A stretch of DNA of 64,000 nt, taken from Synergistaceae bacterium. Lineage in GTDB: Bacteria; Synergistota; Synergistia; Synergistales; Aminobacteriaceae. The stretch is from the NCBI GenBank assembly GCA_022837505.1, contig JALHFZ010000002.1, positions 11,214-75,213 of the forward strand, read 5' to 3'. The notes under the pieces are model-generated. The model saw nothing but the letters and a program-made list of their open reading frames with translations, did no database searches and was not told where the DNA came from. The translations under genes were made by a program, and so were the position numbers. Below are positions 17,723 through 26,812 of the stretch, piece after piece. Numbering within the stretch: the stretch's first letter is position 1; the number at the start of each line of letters is the position of its first letter.

Positions 17723-19528
17723 TCACTCGCCCCGGAGGGGCTCCACCGGGTCTTCCTCGGCAGCTCCTCCTTTTCTGACAAGGATGACCTCTCCGCTGCT
17801 CCACTTGAGCACCTCGTTCACCAGCCCCTCGAAGGGAAGCTCCGGGGGGTCCCCTTCTCCCTCCCCGGAGGACCCGTTTCCGGCGGAAAGTTCCTTCCTC
17901 TCCTCCTCACCGGGGGTTTTCTCTTTTTCTCCGGTGACGCTGTCGGGAACCCTGAAGAGCGGGAGGGGACTGGTTTTTGCCTCCTCCCCGTTCAGTTCAG
18001 CCGGAGAGGGGATGGAGAGGTCGTTCCCCCTTCCGCAGGGTCTTTTCTCATCCCTCCAGCAGAGATCCAGATCCACTCCTCTGCCGAAGCGCTCTTCGAT
18101 CCGGGTTCCGAGGGTGAAGGTATTCCGCTCGGAGGAGAGGGCTTCAAAACAGTATCGCCGGTCATCGGGAAAACGGAGGGAGAGTTTTCTTCCGGCGATG
18201 GTGATCTCCGTACCCGCAAGAGCGCAGTAGAGGAGGATATCTTTTTTGAAGAGCATCTCCTCGAACCCTCCCCATTCTTCGGCGGTGAGGGGGACGGGGG
18301 AGGAGCTCTTCTCCTCCGGAGGCTCTCTCCGGGAAGGAGGAACCGGCGGTTTCTCCTCTGAAAGAGGGAGGACGGCTGCTCCCTTTCTCTCCCCTTCCTG
18401 AGGCTCGATTTCGGTTTGCTGCACTGGAGGCCGGGCTTTCTTCCGGAACATGTCGTGGGCCTTCGAGGAGAGAAGACCCGACAGGACGTCGAAGCGGAGG
18501 CCCGCCCGGAGCTGGGGGATAAGCTTTGAGCAGTAGAGCATCATCTCTCCCAGATCATCGGCATTCCATTTTTTTCCTTCCTCAAGGAGAAAGGCCTTCT
18601 CACTTTCCGGAAGGGCCAGGGAGTCGAGGACGGAGGGCCCCCACTGCCTGAGCACCCAGAGGTTGCGGAAGAGGAGGAAGATCCCCTCCACCACCCGCTG
18701 AGGGGAGGCTCCCCTTCTGAACATCTCTTCAAGGAGCAGAAAGGGGGAGGAGGAGTCCTCCCGAAGGGAGGTGATCCAGCTTTCAAGCTCTCTCAGGGTG
18801 CCTCCGCCGAGAAGACGGGCCACCCCATCGGCAGTCAGTTCTCCCCCCGACAGAGAGAGCCCCTGCTCCATGAGGGAGAGGGCGTCCCGGAGGGCGCCGT
18901 CGGACTGGCGGGCGATCTCCCGGAGGGCCTCCTCATCGAAGGAGACCCCTTCGATGAGGGCAACCTCCTTCAGGCGGGCGGTTATATCCTCCACGGATAT
19001 CCTGCGGAAGGGGATGTGCTGGCACCGGGAACGGATTGTGGCCGGCACCTTCTGGGGTTCCGTGGTGGCGAGGATGAAGACCACAAAGGAGGGGGGCTCC
19101 TCGAGGGTTTTGAGCAGGGCGTTGAAGGCGGAGATGGAGAGCATGTGGACTTCGTCGATGATGTATACCTTCCACCGGGACGAAAAGGAGGCCAGGGAGA
19201 CGTGGGTTTTGAGTTCCCGGACCTCCTCCACGCTGTTGTTGGACGCCCCGTCGATTTCGACCACGTCGAGGCTGTTTCCCGATTTTATGTCCAGGCAGCT
19301 TGAACATTTTCCGCAGGGTTCCCCCTCCGCCCCCTCCGTACAGTTCAGGGCGGCGGCGAGAAGGCGGGCCATGGATGTCTTGCCGCACCCCCTCGGCCCG
19401 GAGAAAAGATAGGCATGGCCTGTCTGCCCCCGCAGAAGGGCCTTCTGCAGGACATCCACTGCCATGGCCTGCCCCCTCACGTCGCTGAACGTCCTGGGGC
19501 GATATCTTCGGTACAAGGAGACGGACAC
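17723..19528 (-). CDS. dnaX: DNA polymerase III subunits gamma/tau
   Basis: LYRRYRPRTFSDVRGQ, Walker A GPRGCGKTS, Zn module CGKCSSC, IIDEVHML. The track start is TTG at 19546. GTG at 19528 behind AAGGGGGAAG is preferred. Confidence 0.92.
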   Translation of the reverse strand: MSVSLYRRYRPRTFSDVRGQAMAVDVLQKALLRGQTGHAYLFSGPRGCGKTSMARLLAAALNCTEGAEGEPCGKCSSCLDIKSGNSLDVVEIDGASNNSVEEVRELKTHVSLASFSSRWKVYIIDEVHMLSISAFNALLKTLEEPPSFVVFILATTEPQKVPATIRSRCQHIPFRRISVEDITARLKEVALIEGVSFDEEALREIARQSDGALRDALSLMEQGLSLSGGELTADGVARLLGGGTLRELESWITSLREDSSSPFLLLEEMFRRGASPQRVVEGIFLLFRNLWVLRQWGPSVLDSLALPESEKAFLLEEGKKWNADDLGEMMLYCSKLIPQLRAGLRFDVLSGLLSSKAHDMFRKKARPPVQQTEIEPQEGERKGAAVLPLSEEKPPVPPSRREPPEEKSSSPVPLTAEEWGGFEEMLFKKDILLYCALAGTEITIAGRKLSLRFPDDRRYCFEALSSERNTFTLGTRIEERFGRGVDLDLCWRDEKRPCGRGNDLSIPSPAELNGEEAKTSPLPLFRVPDSVTGEKEKTPGEEERKELSAGNGSSGEGEGDPPELPFEGLVNEVLKWSSGEVILVRKGGAAEEDPVEPLRGE

Positions 19529-19653
19529 GGTTTCTTCCCCCTTCAAAGGCTGAACTTGTGCCCTCCGGTTGGACTGTCCTTCCGGAGGGCCCCTCCTCCG
19601 TCCCGGGGGAGGGGGAGGGAATCAATAAGGCCTATGCTATTCTACAACAATTT

Positions 19654-20754
19654 CTACCGGAGATAGTGGGCCCCTGGGTGGGTATCCCGGGCTTTTCCGA
19701 GGGAATGCACGAGGGCGTTCCGGAAGGACTCAAGGGGTTCGGCCCCTGAGGGAAGGGGCTCGGACAGGATGAGGGCAGGGCCGAGCCGGAGGGCTTTGCC
19801 TCCGCCGAGGGAGAGAACCTGAATTTCGAAGGGGGGCGTTTCCATCTGAAGGTGGGCCTCGATCTTCGCTGAGATCTCCTCCAGCAGGCGTTCATTCTCC
19901 CCTCCCCGGGGAAGGGACCAGACGGGGTTTCCGTCAAGACGGAGGACGAGCCGCTCCTCCTCCTCTCCGACTGACGGGCTGAGGAGATGGAGGGCGTTCT
20001 TCCGGTGAAGGGGGAACCCCCTCTCCCGGGCAATCTCGAGAATATAGGCGATTCTCTCGGAAAGTTCAGGGTGGGTCATGAAGACACCGGGGTCGAAGTA
20101 TGGGTGTTTGAGCTGATCATAGGCCATGGCCTCAAGGGCCGTGATCATGGCGGCGGGGGGGAACCCCGCTCCCTCGAGGATTCGAAACCCCTCCCGGTCT
20201 GCCTCCCGCTCAAGGTCCTTGCTGTAGGAGTTGGTCACGGCAATCTGGGCCAGATTCGTCAGGATCATGGGGCCGACGCTCCCCTGGCTCGCCACGAGGA
20301 GAAGAAGCCCCGCAAGGGAGATCTTCGATGCCCGAGCGGTCTGGATCATGACGTGCCCCTTGTCGGCATGGATGAGCTCGTGGGCGAGAATGGCGGCGAT
20401 CTCACCGTCCGTGCGGAGAAAATCGATAATTCCCGTGGTGAAATAGATCGTCCCTCCGGGAAGGCTGAAGGCGTTGATCATTTCATCCCGTATGATTTTG
20501 ACCTCGTAGGGGAGAGGGCGGGAGAGAAGGGGAAGAAATCTGTTCAGAAGCATGGAGAGCCGGGCGTTCAGCGACGGGTCGGACTGAACCTCCCATTTTT
20601 TCTCGATATCCTCCGCCGCTTTTTTTCCAAGGGCAATCTCCTTTTCGATCGTTCCCCCCTCCAGGGAATAGCTGAAGGGAAGGAGAAGGACGAAAAGAAG
20701 GGCGGCTGTCAGGAGAAGGCGGAGACTTGAAATCCGTGGCTTTGTTTTTCCTAT
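19654..20754 (-). CDS. M48-family zinc metallopeptidase (secreted / membrane-anchored)
   Basis: HELIHADKGH (HExxH) and NAFSLPGGTIY. The frame stays open and clearly coding upstream of the track ATG (20553): ...GKTKPRISSLRLLLTAALLFVLLLPFSYSLEGGTIEKEIALGKK... This stretch has no ATG, GTG or TTG, so the start is assigned to ATA at 20754 behind GGAGGA. See findings. Confidence 0.75.
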   Translation of the reverse strand: MGKTKPRISSLRLLLTAALLFVLLLPFSYSLEGGTIEKEIALGKKAAEDIEKKWEVQSDPSLNARLSMLLNRFLPLLSRPLPYEVKIIRDEMINAFSLPGGTIYFTTGIIDFLRTDGEIAAILAHELIHADKGHVMIQTARASKISLAGLLLLVASQGSVGPMILTNLAQIAVTNSYSKDLEREADREGFRILEGAGFPPAAMITALEAMAYDQLKHPYFDPGVFMTHPELSERIAYILEIARERGFPLHRKNALHLLSPSVGEEEERLVLRLDGNPVWSLPRGGENERLLEEISAKIEAHLQMETPPFEIQVLSLGGGKALRLGPALILSEPLPSGAEPLESFRNALVHSLGKARDTHPGAHYLR

Positions 20755-21216
20755 CTAGATCATTCCTCCGTTGGCGGTATACCCCCGGACGGCTTTTTTC
20801 CCCCGGGAAAGCTGAAGCATCTGCCGGCGCAGGTCTTTGACATGGACCTCGAGAAGCTCCTGAACCTCAAGCTCTTCATCCAGAACTCTCCTGGCGGTAT
20901 CCCTGATGGCCGTCAGGGAGGCTTTCAGCTCTGCCGTTCCGGAACTGCCGAGAAAACTGCCGATCTTCTCCCAGAAGTCAGGGCCCTCCCTCCCCTCCTC
21001 CAGGCCGATTTTCCAGCAGAAGGAGTTCCATCCCTCCTGGATGAGTTCCTGGCGGGAGATGACGTCCTGCTTGTCGGCGAGGACGGAGAGAAGGGATTCC
21101 ATATCCCCTGAGAGGACGCATTCATGTTCCTGCCGCACGAGGACGGCCAGTTCATTGTACAGTGCAAGTTCAGAGGATGCCAGAGAAGAAAGATCCCCTT
21201 CGAAATCAGCCTGCAA
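20755..21216 (-). CDS. FlgN-like flagellar chaperone family protein
   Basis: All-helical, ELALYNELAVLVRQEHECVLSGDMESLLSVLADKQ..., directly downstream of fliS. The start is set to TTG at 21216 behind GGAGGGGG. The track start at 21291 overlaps fliS by 86 nt. Confidence 0.5.
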   Translation of the reverse strand: MQADFEGDLSSLASSELALYNELAVLVRQEHECVLSGDMESLLSVLADKQDVISRQELIQEGWNSFCWKIGLEEGREGPDFWEKIGSFLGSSGTAELKASLTAIRDTARRVLDEELEVQELLEVHVKDLRRQMLQLSRGKKAVRGYTANGGMI

Positions 21217-21691
21217 TATTGAGACCCCCTCCGGAGAGCGCCGCTGCCTGCTGTCCGGCCTTCGGATGAAGGGAAGAAGCCGGTTCCGCAAGGGCGGAAT
21301 GTTCAGCCGCCAGTTTCGCCGCCGCCTCCTCCCAGACGGTTTTCAGTTCTTCGAGCATGGATCTTACCGCGGCGAGCTTCTCGCCGTCCCTGCCGATATT
21401 TGCCTCCACGAGAAGAAAATACATAAAGTCATAGAGCTGCATGAGGTTTTCGGCCACTTCTCCGCCGGTCTCCCTGTTGAGGGAAACCATGAGCTCCCGA
21501 AGGACATCCTGGGCCTTTTTGACATGGGTATTCAGTTCCTCGGGGGTGCCGCCGGTCAGGGCCCCCTCGGCGTTTCTGCATGCCCGGATGCCTATCTCAT
21601 AGGTCAGCAGAAGAAGCTGCTCCTTCGATGCCGTGTTTACCCGGGTGGCGAGATAGACAGCCTGGGCGTTCTGTCCGTTTTTTACATCCAT
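21206..21691 (-). CDS. fliS: Flagellar export chaperone FliS
   Basis: ...YLATRVNTASKEQLLLLTYEIGIRACRNA...NLMQLYDFMYFLL... is a FliS four-helix-bundle signature. Confidence 0.85.
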   Translation of the reverse strand: MDVKNGQNAQAVYLATRVNTASKEQLLLLTYEIGIRACRNAEGALTGGTPEELNTHVKKAQDVLRELMVSLNRETGGEVAENLMQLYDFMYFLLVEANIGRDGEKLAAVRSMLEELKTVWEEAAAKLAAEHSALAEPASSLHPKAGQQAAALSGGGLNIAG

Positions 21692-21779
21692 GGAAAAGGA
21701 TCCCCCTCCTTTCTCTCCCTCTTGTGTCGGCGAAAGGAGGAATAAACATTACGGAGGAATCTCTGCCGGCAGGGATTCC

Positions 21780-22712
21780 TCAGGAGAGGCGCTCAAGTTC
21801 GACCCGGGGGATGAACTCCTCGACGGCCTTCCTGTTCCGTATGCCCTTTCCCGAATGGGTGGCGCTCTCCCAGGCTGACGCCATGGAGAACCGGATGGTG
21901 TCCTCCACGGACATCTTCTCCTCATGGGCTACGATGAGCCCCGCAAGGAGGGCGTCGCTTGCCGTGAAGATGGAGCGGACGCTCTTTCTGTCCGCAAGGG
22001 CGAGGTAGATCCCCTCAGGGGAGAAAAAGACATCCCCGTAGGTGCGGTAGGAGGCCACCGCCCATTCCACCCCTCTGGCATGAAACTTCGACACTTCGTC
22101 GATAAGATAATCAAGGGAGGAAAGGGAGGTTCCGAGGACTTTGGACATGAACCGGTGGTCCAGCTTCAGCACGGTCGGCCCCGCCTCCAAGGCTGAAAGA
22201 AGGGGCGGCCCGGCGGCATCGACGATGGTGGGTATGGAAAGCTCCTTCGCCTGGGCGATGAACTCGCCGAAGATCCCGTCCGGGACCCCAGGGGGGATGG
22301 ACCCCCCCATGACCACCATCCGGGTCCGGGGGAGGATGCGGGCGTAAACTTTTCTGAGGCGGTCAACTGCCTCGGGAGGAATATGGGGCCCCTGCTCGGA
22401 TATCCCCGTCTCCATGTTTCCCGTCTCGTCGGTGACGTACATATTCGTGCGGGTCTCCCCCTGCACATGGACGAAATTCGTGGGAATGCGGCTTCTTCTC
22501 ATGACGTCCCGGATATACTCGCCGTTAAATCCTGCAAGGAATCCCGTGGCTGTTGACGTATAGCCGAACTGGGAGAGAAGCATGGAGATATTGATCCCCT
22601 TCCCTCCGGGCGAACGGCTGCTTTTCGTCGTGCGAAACCATCCGCCCGGACGGAATTCCGGAACGAAATACTCTTCATCCACCGCAGGATTCAGGGTCAC
22701 CGTCAGAATCAT
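21780..22712 (-). CDS. PfkB-family sugar kinase (1-phosphofructokinase / tagatose-6-P kinase-like)
   Basis: MILTVTLNPAVDEEY...PGGKGINIS... and a C-terminal DALLAG motif. Confidence 0.85.
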   Translation of the reverse strand: MILTVTLNPAVDEEYFVPEFRPGGWFRTTKSSRSPGGKGINISMLLSQFGYTSTATGFLAGFNGEYIRDVMRRSRIPTNFVHVQGETRTNMYVTDETGNMETGISEQGPHIPPEAVDRLRKVYARILPRTRMVVMGGSIPPGVPDGIFGEFIAQAKELSIPTIVDAAGPPLLSALEAGPTVLKLDHRFMSKVLGTSLSSLDYLIDEVSKFHARGVEWAVASYRTYGDVFFSPEGIYLALADRKSVRSIFTASDALLAGLIVAHEEKMSVEDTIRFSMASAWESATHSGKGIRNRKAVEEFIPRVELERLS

Positions 22713-22716
22713 CGGA

Positions 22717-23910
22717 TCAGTTTTTCTTCACAAAGGCAAGGGCGTCCTCGACGGATGAGATGGACTTCACATCCTTGACCACGCCGGAGCCGAGGTGAAC
22801 CATGGCGGGAAGCGTATCGAGATGGAGCTTTCTGGACATGCGCTCGTTTCGGTAGCCGTCGATGAGGACGATCTTCTTTCCCTCTTTTTCAGCCCGGGCG
22901 GCTGCGTCGTCCGCCATTTTCACCTGTTCGCGGTCGATGCTCGAGTAAAAGAGGGCGACCACATTTTCGGGCTCGAGAAGGGTCTTTCTGAGGTGGACCT
23001 GCTCATTGATGTAGGCGGAGGCGCTCATGGCGGCGATGGCTCCGTCGGCGGAGGCGGTCACGACCTGGCGCAGCCCCTTGGTCCGGACGTCGCCGGCGGC
23101 GAAGATCCCCTCCACAGAGGTCTCCATCTCGTCGTTCGTCTCGATCCACCCGCCCTTTGCGGCCTTCACAAGCCCCTTGATGGCTTCGTCATGGGGGGAC
23201 TGCCCCACGAACATGAAGACCCCCGCAACGGGAAGATCCGAGGTCTCTCCGGTCTTCTGATTTCTGAGGACGAGGTTTTCAACCATCCCGTCTCCTTCGA
23301 TCTTTTCCACCACCGTATTCCAGACGGGGACGATCTTCGGGTTCGAGAGGGCCCGTTCGATGGCTGCCCGGTCCGCCCGGAATTCATCCCTGCGGTGGAT
23401 GATGTAGACCTTGGAGGCAAAGTTCGTCAGGTAGTCCCCCTCTTCGACGGCGCTGTTTCCGCCGCCCACGACGGCGATCTCCTCCCCCTCGAAGAAGGCT
23501 CCGTCGCATACGGCGCAGTAGCTTACCCCCTGGCCGATATGCTCCGCCTCCCCTTCGCATCCGAGCCTCCGGAAGAAAGCCCCTGTGGCGTAGATGATCG
23601 CCTCGGCCTCTATTTCCTCTTTATTCGTCACCACGATCTTCCTGTCGTCACGGATTTCGATCCTCTGCACATCGGCATCGCGGAACTCCGTATTGAACTT
23701 CTCAGCATGCGAGCGGAACATCTGTCCCAGCTCGGGGCCGGTGGCGTGCTGAACCCCGGGCCAGTTTTCAATCTCCTCGGTGATATTGATCTGACCGCCG
23801 GGAACGCCCTTTTCGATCAGAAGGACATCAAGGCCTGCCCTTTTACCGTATATTGCCGCCGTGAGACCGGCGGGACCGGCGCCGATGATGACCAGTTCTC
23901 TTTTTTCCAT
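22717..23910 (-). CDS. trxB: Thioredoxin-disulfide reductase with about 85-aa C-terminal thioredoxin-fold-like extension
   Basis: GAGPAGLTAAIY, redox-active CAVC, GGGNSAVEEG, FAAGDV. At 397 aa it is longer than the roughly 310 aa expected. Confidence 0.9.
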   Translation of the reverse strand: MEKRELVIIGAGPAGLTAAIYGKRAGLDVLLIEKGVPGGQINITEEIENWPGVQHATGPELGQMFRSHAEKFNTEFRDADVQRIEIRDDRKIVVTNKEEIEAEAIIYATGAFFRRLGCEGEAEHIGQGVSYCAVCDGAFFEGEEIAVVGGGNSAVEEGDYLTNFASKVYIIHRRDEFRADRAAIERALSNPKIVPVWNTVVEKIEGDGMVENLVLRNQKTGETSDLPVAGVFMFVGQSPHDEAIKGLVKAAKGGWIETNDEMETSVEGIFAAGDVRTKGLRQVVTASADGAIAAMSASAYINEQVHLRKTLLEPENVVALFYSSIDREQVKMADDAAARAEKEGKKIVLIDGYRNERMSRKLHLDTLPAMVHLGSGVVKDVKSISSVEDALAFVKKN

Positions 23911-23949
23911 AGTTTCTTCCCCTCCATGCAGAAAGTTTCTTTTTAAAAA

Positions 23950-24789
23950 TTATACACGAATCCAGAGTATCGAGCGAGGTTTATTTTGAAGGTCAAGGAA
24001 AATTCCCGAACATTTCAGACTGGTAGGGGCAATTTCCCTCAGCCGCTCCGCCTGATCGCCGTCCCCGACCTCGAAGAGTACCCTACCCCCCATCTTCATC
24101 CTCTGCGGGCACCAGGCGAGAAGCATGCGGTAGCAGGCAAGGCCGTCGGGGCCTCCATCAAGGGCCGTCCGGGGTTCATGCCTGACTTCCCTCTGAAGGG
24201 ATGGAAGGGCAGATGCGGGGATATAGGGAGGGTTGCTCACGAGGAGGTCGAGGGAACCCTCCGGGCAGGGGATGTCCCCGGGAGTGCGGGAGTGCCAGAG
24301 AAGGGTGCGGCCGAGGCATCCGTACCGCCCCAGATTTTTCCATGCTGTCGAAAGGGCGGCGGGGTTTATGTCCGCGGCGATTCCCCGGGCTGTCGGACGG
24401 TGAAGGAGAAGGGAAAGGGCTATGCACCCCGTCCCCGTTCCCCAGTCAAGAAAAGTTCCTCCCGAAAAGACCTCAAGGGCCTTGTCCACCACCGTCTCCG
24501 TCTCAGGGCGGGGGATCAGGACGTTTTCGGCGACTCCGAGGGCCCGGCCGTAAAATTCCCACTCTCCGAGGAGATACTGAAGGGGCTTCCCCTCAACCCT
24601 TTTCCGGGCAAGGGCAAAAAGCCGGTCGGCCGCCGAAGGAGGCAGAAGGGCATCGGGGCGGGAGAAGATCTCGGCGGAGGTGAGTTTCGCCCCGGCGGAG
24701 AGAAGGATGTCCGCCTCCCTTCCGGGGGAATCCACTCCCCCCTTCGAAAGAATGGCCCGGAGGAGGAGGCGGGCCTCCCGGAGCGTCAC
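23950..24789 (-). CDS. prmC: Peptide chain release factor N5-glutamine methyltransferase
   Basis: LDWGTGTGCIALSL (SAM motif I) and the NPPY catalytic motif (VSNPPYIP). It lies downstream of prfA. Confidence 0.9.
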   Translation of the reverse strand: MTLREARLLLRAILSKGGVDSPGREADILLSAGAKLTSAEIFSRPDALLPPSAADRLFALARKRVEGKPLQYLLGEWEFYGRALGVAENVLIPRPETETVVDKALEVFSGGTFLDWGTGTGCIALSLLLHRPTARGIAADINPAALSTAWKNLGRYGCLGRTLLWHSRTPGDIPCPEGSLDLLVSNPPYIPASALPSLQREVRHEPRTALDGGPDGLACYRMLLAWCPQRMKMGGRVLFEVGDGDQAERLREIAPTSLKCSGIFLDLQNKPRSILWIRV

Positions 24790-24793
24790 GGTC

Positions 24794-25867
24794 TCACCCT
24801 TCGATGGAATGCAGCCTCTCGGTCTGGTCCGCCACCGTCATGGCGTCCACCAGGTCGTAGATGTCTCCGTCGAGATACTGGTCAAGCTTGTAGAGGGTCA
24901 CACCGATTCGGTGGTCCGAGATTCTGTTCTGGGAGAAGTTATAGGTCCGTATCCGCTCCGACCGGTCTCCCGTGCCTATCTGCCCTCTCCGCTCAGAGGC
25001 CAGTTCATCGTTTTGCTTCTGGAGCTCAAGATCGTAGAGTTTTGCCTTGAGATAGGCCATGGCCTTCACACGGTTCTTCAGCTGGGACCGTTCGTCCTGG
25101 CAGGTCACAACCACCCCCGTGGGGACGTGGGTGATGCGCACGGCCGAATCGGTCATATTCACGTGCTGCCCTCCGGCCCCGCTTGACCGGTAGGTGTCGA
25201 TCCGGAGGTCCTCCGTATTGATCTTCAGGTCCACGTCCTCCGCTTCGGGGAGGACAGCCACTGTGGCGGTGGAGGTATGAATCCGCCCTCCCGCCTCCGT
25301 GGCGGGGACCCGCTGGACACGGTGAACGCCGCTTTCAAACTTCAGCTTGCTGTAGGCGCCCGCGCCGTCGATCCGGAAGATGATCTCCTTGTAGCCGCCG
25401 ATGCCGGTCTCGTTGTAGTCGATGATCTCGGTCTTCCACCCCTCCCGCTCGGCAAAGCGGCAGTACATCCGGAAGAGGTCTGCGGCGAAGAGGGCGGCTT
25501 CCTCTCCCCCCGCTCCGCCCCGGATCTCCATGATGACGCTTTTTTCGTCATTGGGATCCTCGGGAAGAAGGAGGATTTTCAGATCCTGCTCCGCTGCCTC
25601 GAGAAGGGGTTCCTTCAGGGCAAGCTCCTCCTTCGCCAGTTCGTGCATCTCCGTGTCCGTGCCGTGGAGAAGGGATTTCGCCTCCTCGATCTCGAGGGAC
25701 AGCTTGCGGAATTCCCTGAATTTCGACACCACGGGCTGGAGACGGGAATGCTTCTTCGCCAGGGCCTGAAGCTCCTTCCGGTCTTTCTGGAGGGCCGGAT
25801 CGGCCATCTTCACCTCGGCGGCCTCGTAATCGGCCTCGAGTTCCGTAAGTTTATCGGAGTAATTCAT
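24794..25867 (-). CDS. prfA: Peptide chain release factor 1
   Basis: The PAT tripeptide (RVPATE) marks RF1. The universal GGQ motif is present (SGAGGQHVN). Confidence 0.97.
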   Translation of the reverse strand: MNYSDKLTELEADYEAAEVKMADPALQKDRKELQALAKKHSRLQPVVSKFREFRKLSLEIEEAKSLLHGTDTEMHELAKEELALKEPLLEAAEQDLKILLLPEDPNDEKSVIMEIRGGAGGEEAALFAADLFRMYCRFAEREGWKTEIIDYNETGIGGYKEIIFRIDGAGAYSKLKFESGVHRVQRVPATEAGGRIHTSTATVAVLPEAEDVDLKINTEDLRIDTYRSSGAGGQHVNMTDSAVRITHVPTGVVVTCQDERSQLKNRVKAMAYLKAKLYDLELQKQNDELASERRGQIGTGDRSERIRTYNFSQNRISDHRIGVTLYKLDQYLDGDIYDLVDAMTVADQTERLHSIEG

Positions 25868-26811
25868 TCCAGGATTTCTCCTTCAGATGGGTGGGGTGAG
25901 AGGGACCGGCCGAGGGCTGTCTCAAGGGAGGTGAGGGCAACCTCGATCTGGCCGAGATCGGGCTCCCTCGTCGTCAGGTACTGGAAGGACATGGCGGGGG
26001 CCATGAAGAACCTTCCCCAGAAGCCTGCGCAGGATGCCCCCTTGATGATCTCGTAGGATATGCCGATGACCACCGGGAGCAGAATGATCCTGCTGCCGAT
26101 CCTCCAGAGGATTGAACCGTGCCCGGCGATGGAAAAGACGACGATGCTCACGGCGACGACGATGAGAAGAAAGGATGTGCCGCACCGGGGGTGAATGCGG
26201 GAATACCCCCGGATGCTTTCAGGGGTCATCTCCGCTCCGGATTCAAAGGCGTTGATTGTCTTGTGCTCCGCTCCATGGTAGCGGAAGACCTGCCGGATTT
26301 CGCTCCACAGGCCGATCCCTGCGACGTAGGCGATAAAGACCGCCCCCCTGACCACCCCTTCAAGGACGTTCTTTCCTACCTGGGTCAGCCCCCAGGAGCG
26401 CATCCCAAGGTCGGAGAGCCAGAGGGGGAGGGCGATGAAAAGCCCAACCACGGCGATAATCGCAACCGCTACGGAGAGAAAGAGCTCCTTGGGAGTGATC
26501 TTCTCCTCCTCCCCCACGGCGATCTGGGCGGATTTGTTGAGCGCCCGGAAGCCGACGGACATCATCTCCACCATGGTAACGACCCCCCGGACCAGGGGGA
26601 GCTTCCAGGGCATTCTCCCGGTCATGGAGCTGTTCGTCCAGGACTGGCTTTCGATGTGCCCTTCAGGGTTCCTGACGGACAGCCCCCATCGTTCGGGCCC
26701 TTTCATGAGGACCCCTTCGATGACGGCCTGGCCGCCTACGGGAATTCTTTCCGCTTCTCCTTCTCCCGCGAGAAAAAGGGGAAGCATGGCGATGATTTTC
26801 TTCATGGTCAC
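25864..26811 (-). CDS. DUF1385-family membrane protein (YqhQ-like)
   Basis: ...VGGQAVIEGVLMKG...RYHGAEHK..HPRCGTSF... It occupies the conserved position upstream of prfA-prmC, with a 4-nt overlap with prfA. Confidence 0.85.
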   Translation of the reverse strand: MTMKKIIAMLPLFLAGEGEAERIPVGGQAVIEGVLMKGPERWGLSVRNPEGHIESQSWTNSSMTGRMPWKLPLVRGVVTMVEMMSVGFRALNKSAQIAVGEEEKITPKELFLSVAVAIIAVVGLFIALPLWLSDLGMRSWGLTQVGKNVLEGVVRGAVFIAYVAGIGLWSEIRQVFRYHGAEHKTINAFESGAEMTPESIRGYSRIHPRCGTSFLLIVVAVSIVVFSIAGHGSILWRIGSRIILLPVVIGISYEIIKGASCAGFWGRFFMAPAMSFQYLTTREPDLGQIEVALTSLETALGRSLSPHPSEGEILE

Positions 26812-26812
26812 C

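Noticed and set aside
18235-18250. A6G run (TTC AAA AAA GAT) in dnaX near residue ~430, the position where E. coli makes gamma by -1 frameshifting.
   Set aside because: The heptamer is not in the X XXY YYZ register relative to the zero frame. Neither shifted frame meets a nearby stop; the alternative frame stays open for about 75 codons. There is no support for programmed gamma production.
19547-19653. Possible SRP (4.5S/scr) RNA upstream of dnaX. The position matches Firmicutes synteny and the motif CCUCCGGAAGGACAGUCC resembles the SRP helix-8 GGAA tetraloop region.
   Set aside because: The conserved 5' AGG and 3' AGCA loop residues are absent, and the sequence does not fold into a single long hairpin centred on GGAA. 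It folds instead as two separate GC-rich hairpins. These are more likely an M48 terminator or a dnaX leader structure. A cmscan with RF00169 would settle it.
20755-20757. In-frame TAG between the flgN-like ORF and the M48 peptidase as a read-through or pyrrolysine-type recoding site producing a fusion protein.
   Set aside because: A fusion would bury a signal peptide in the middle of a cytoplasmic chaperone-like protein. No Pyl machinery or other in-frame TAGs were seen in the window. Coupled reinitiation at a non-canonical codon, or a sequence error, is more economical.
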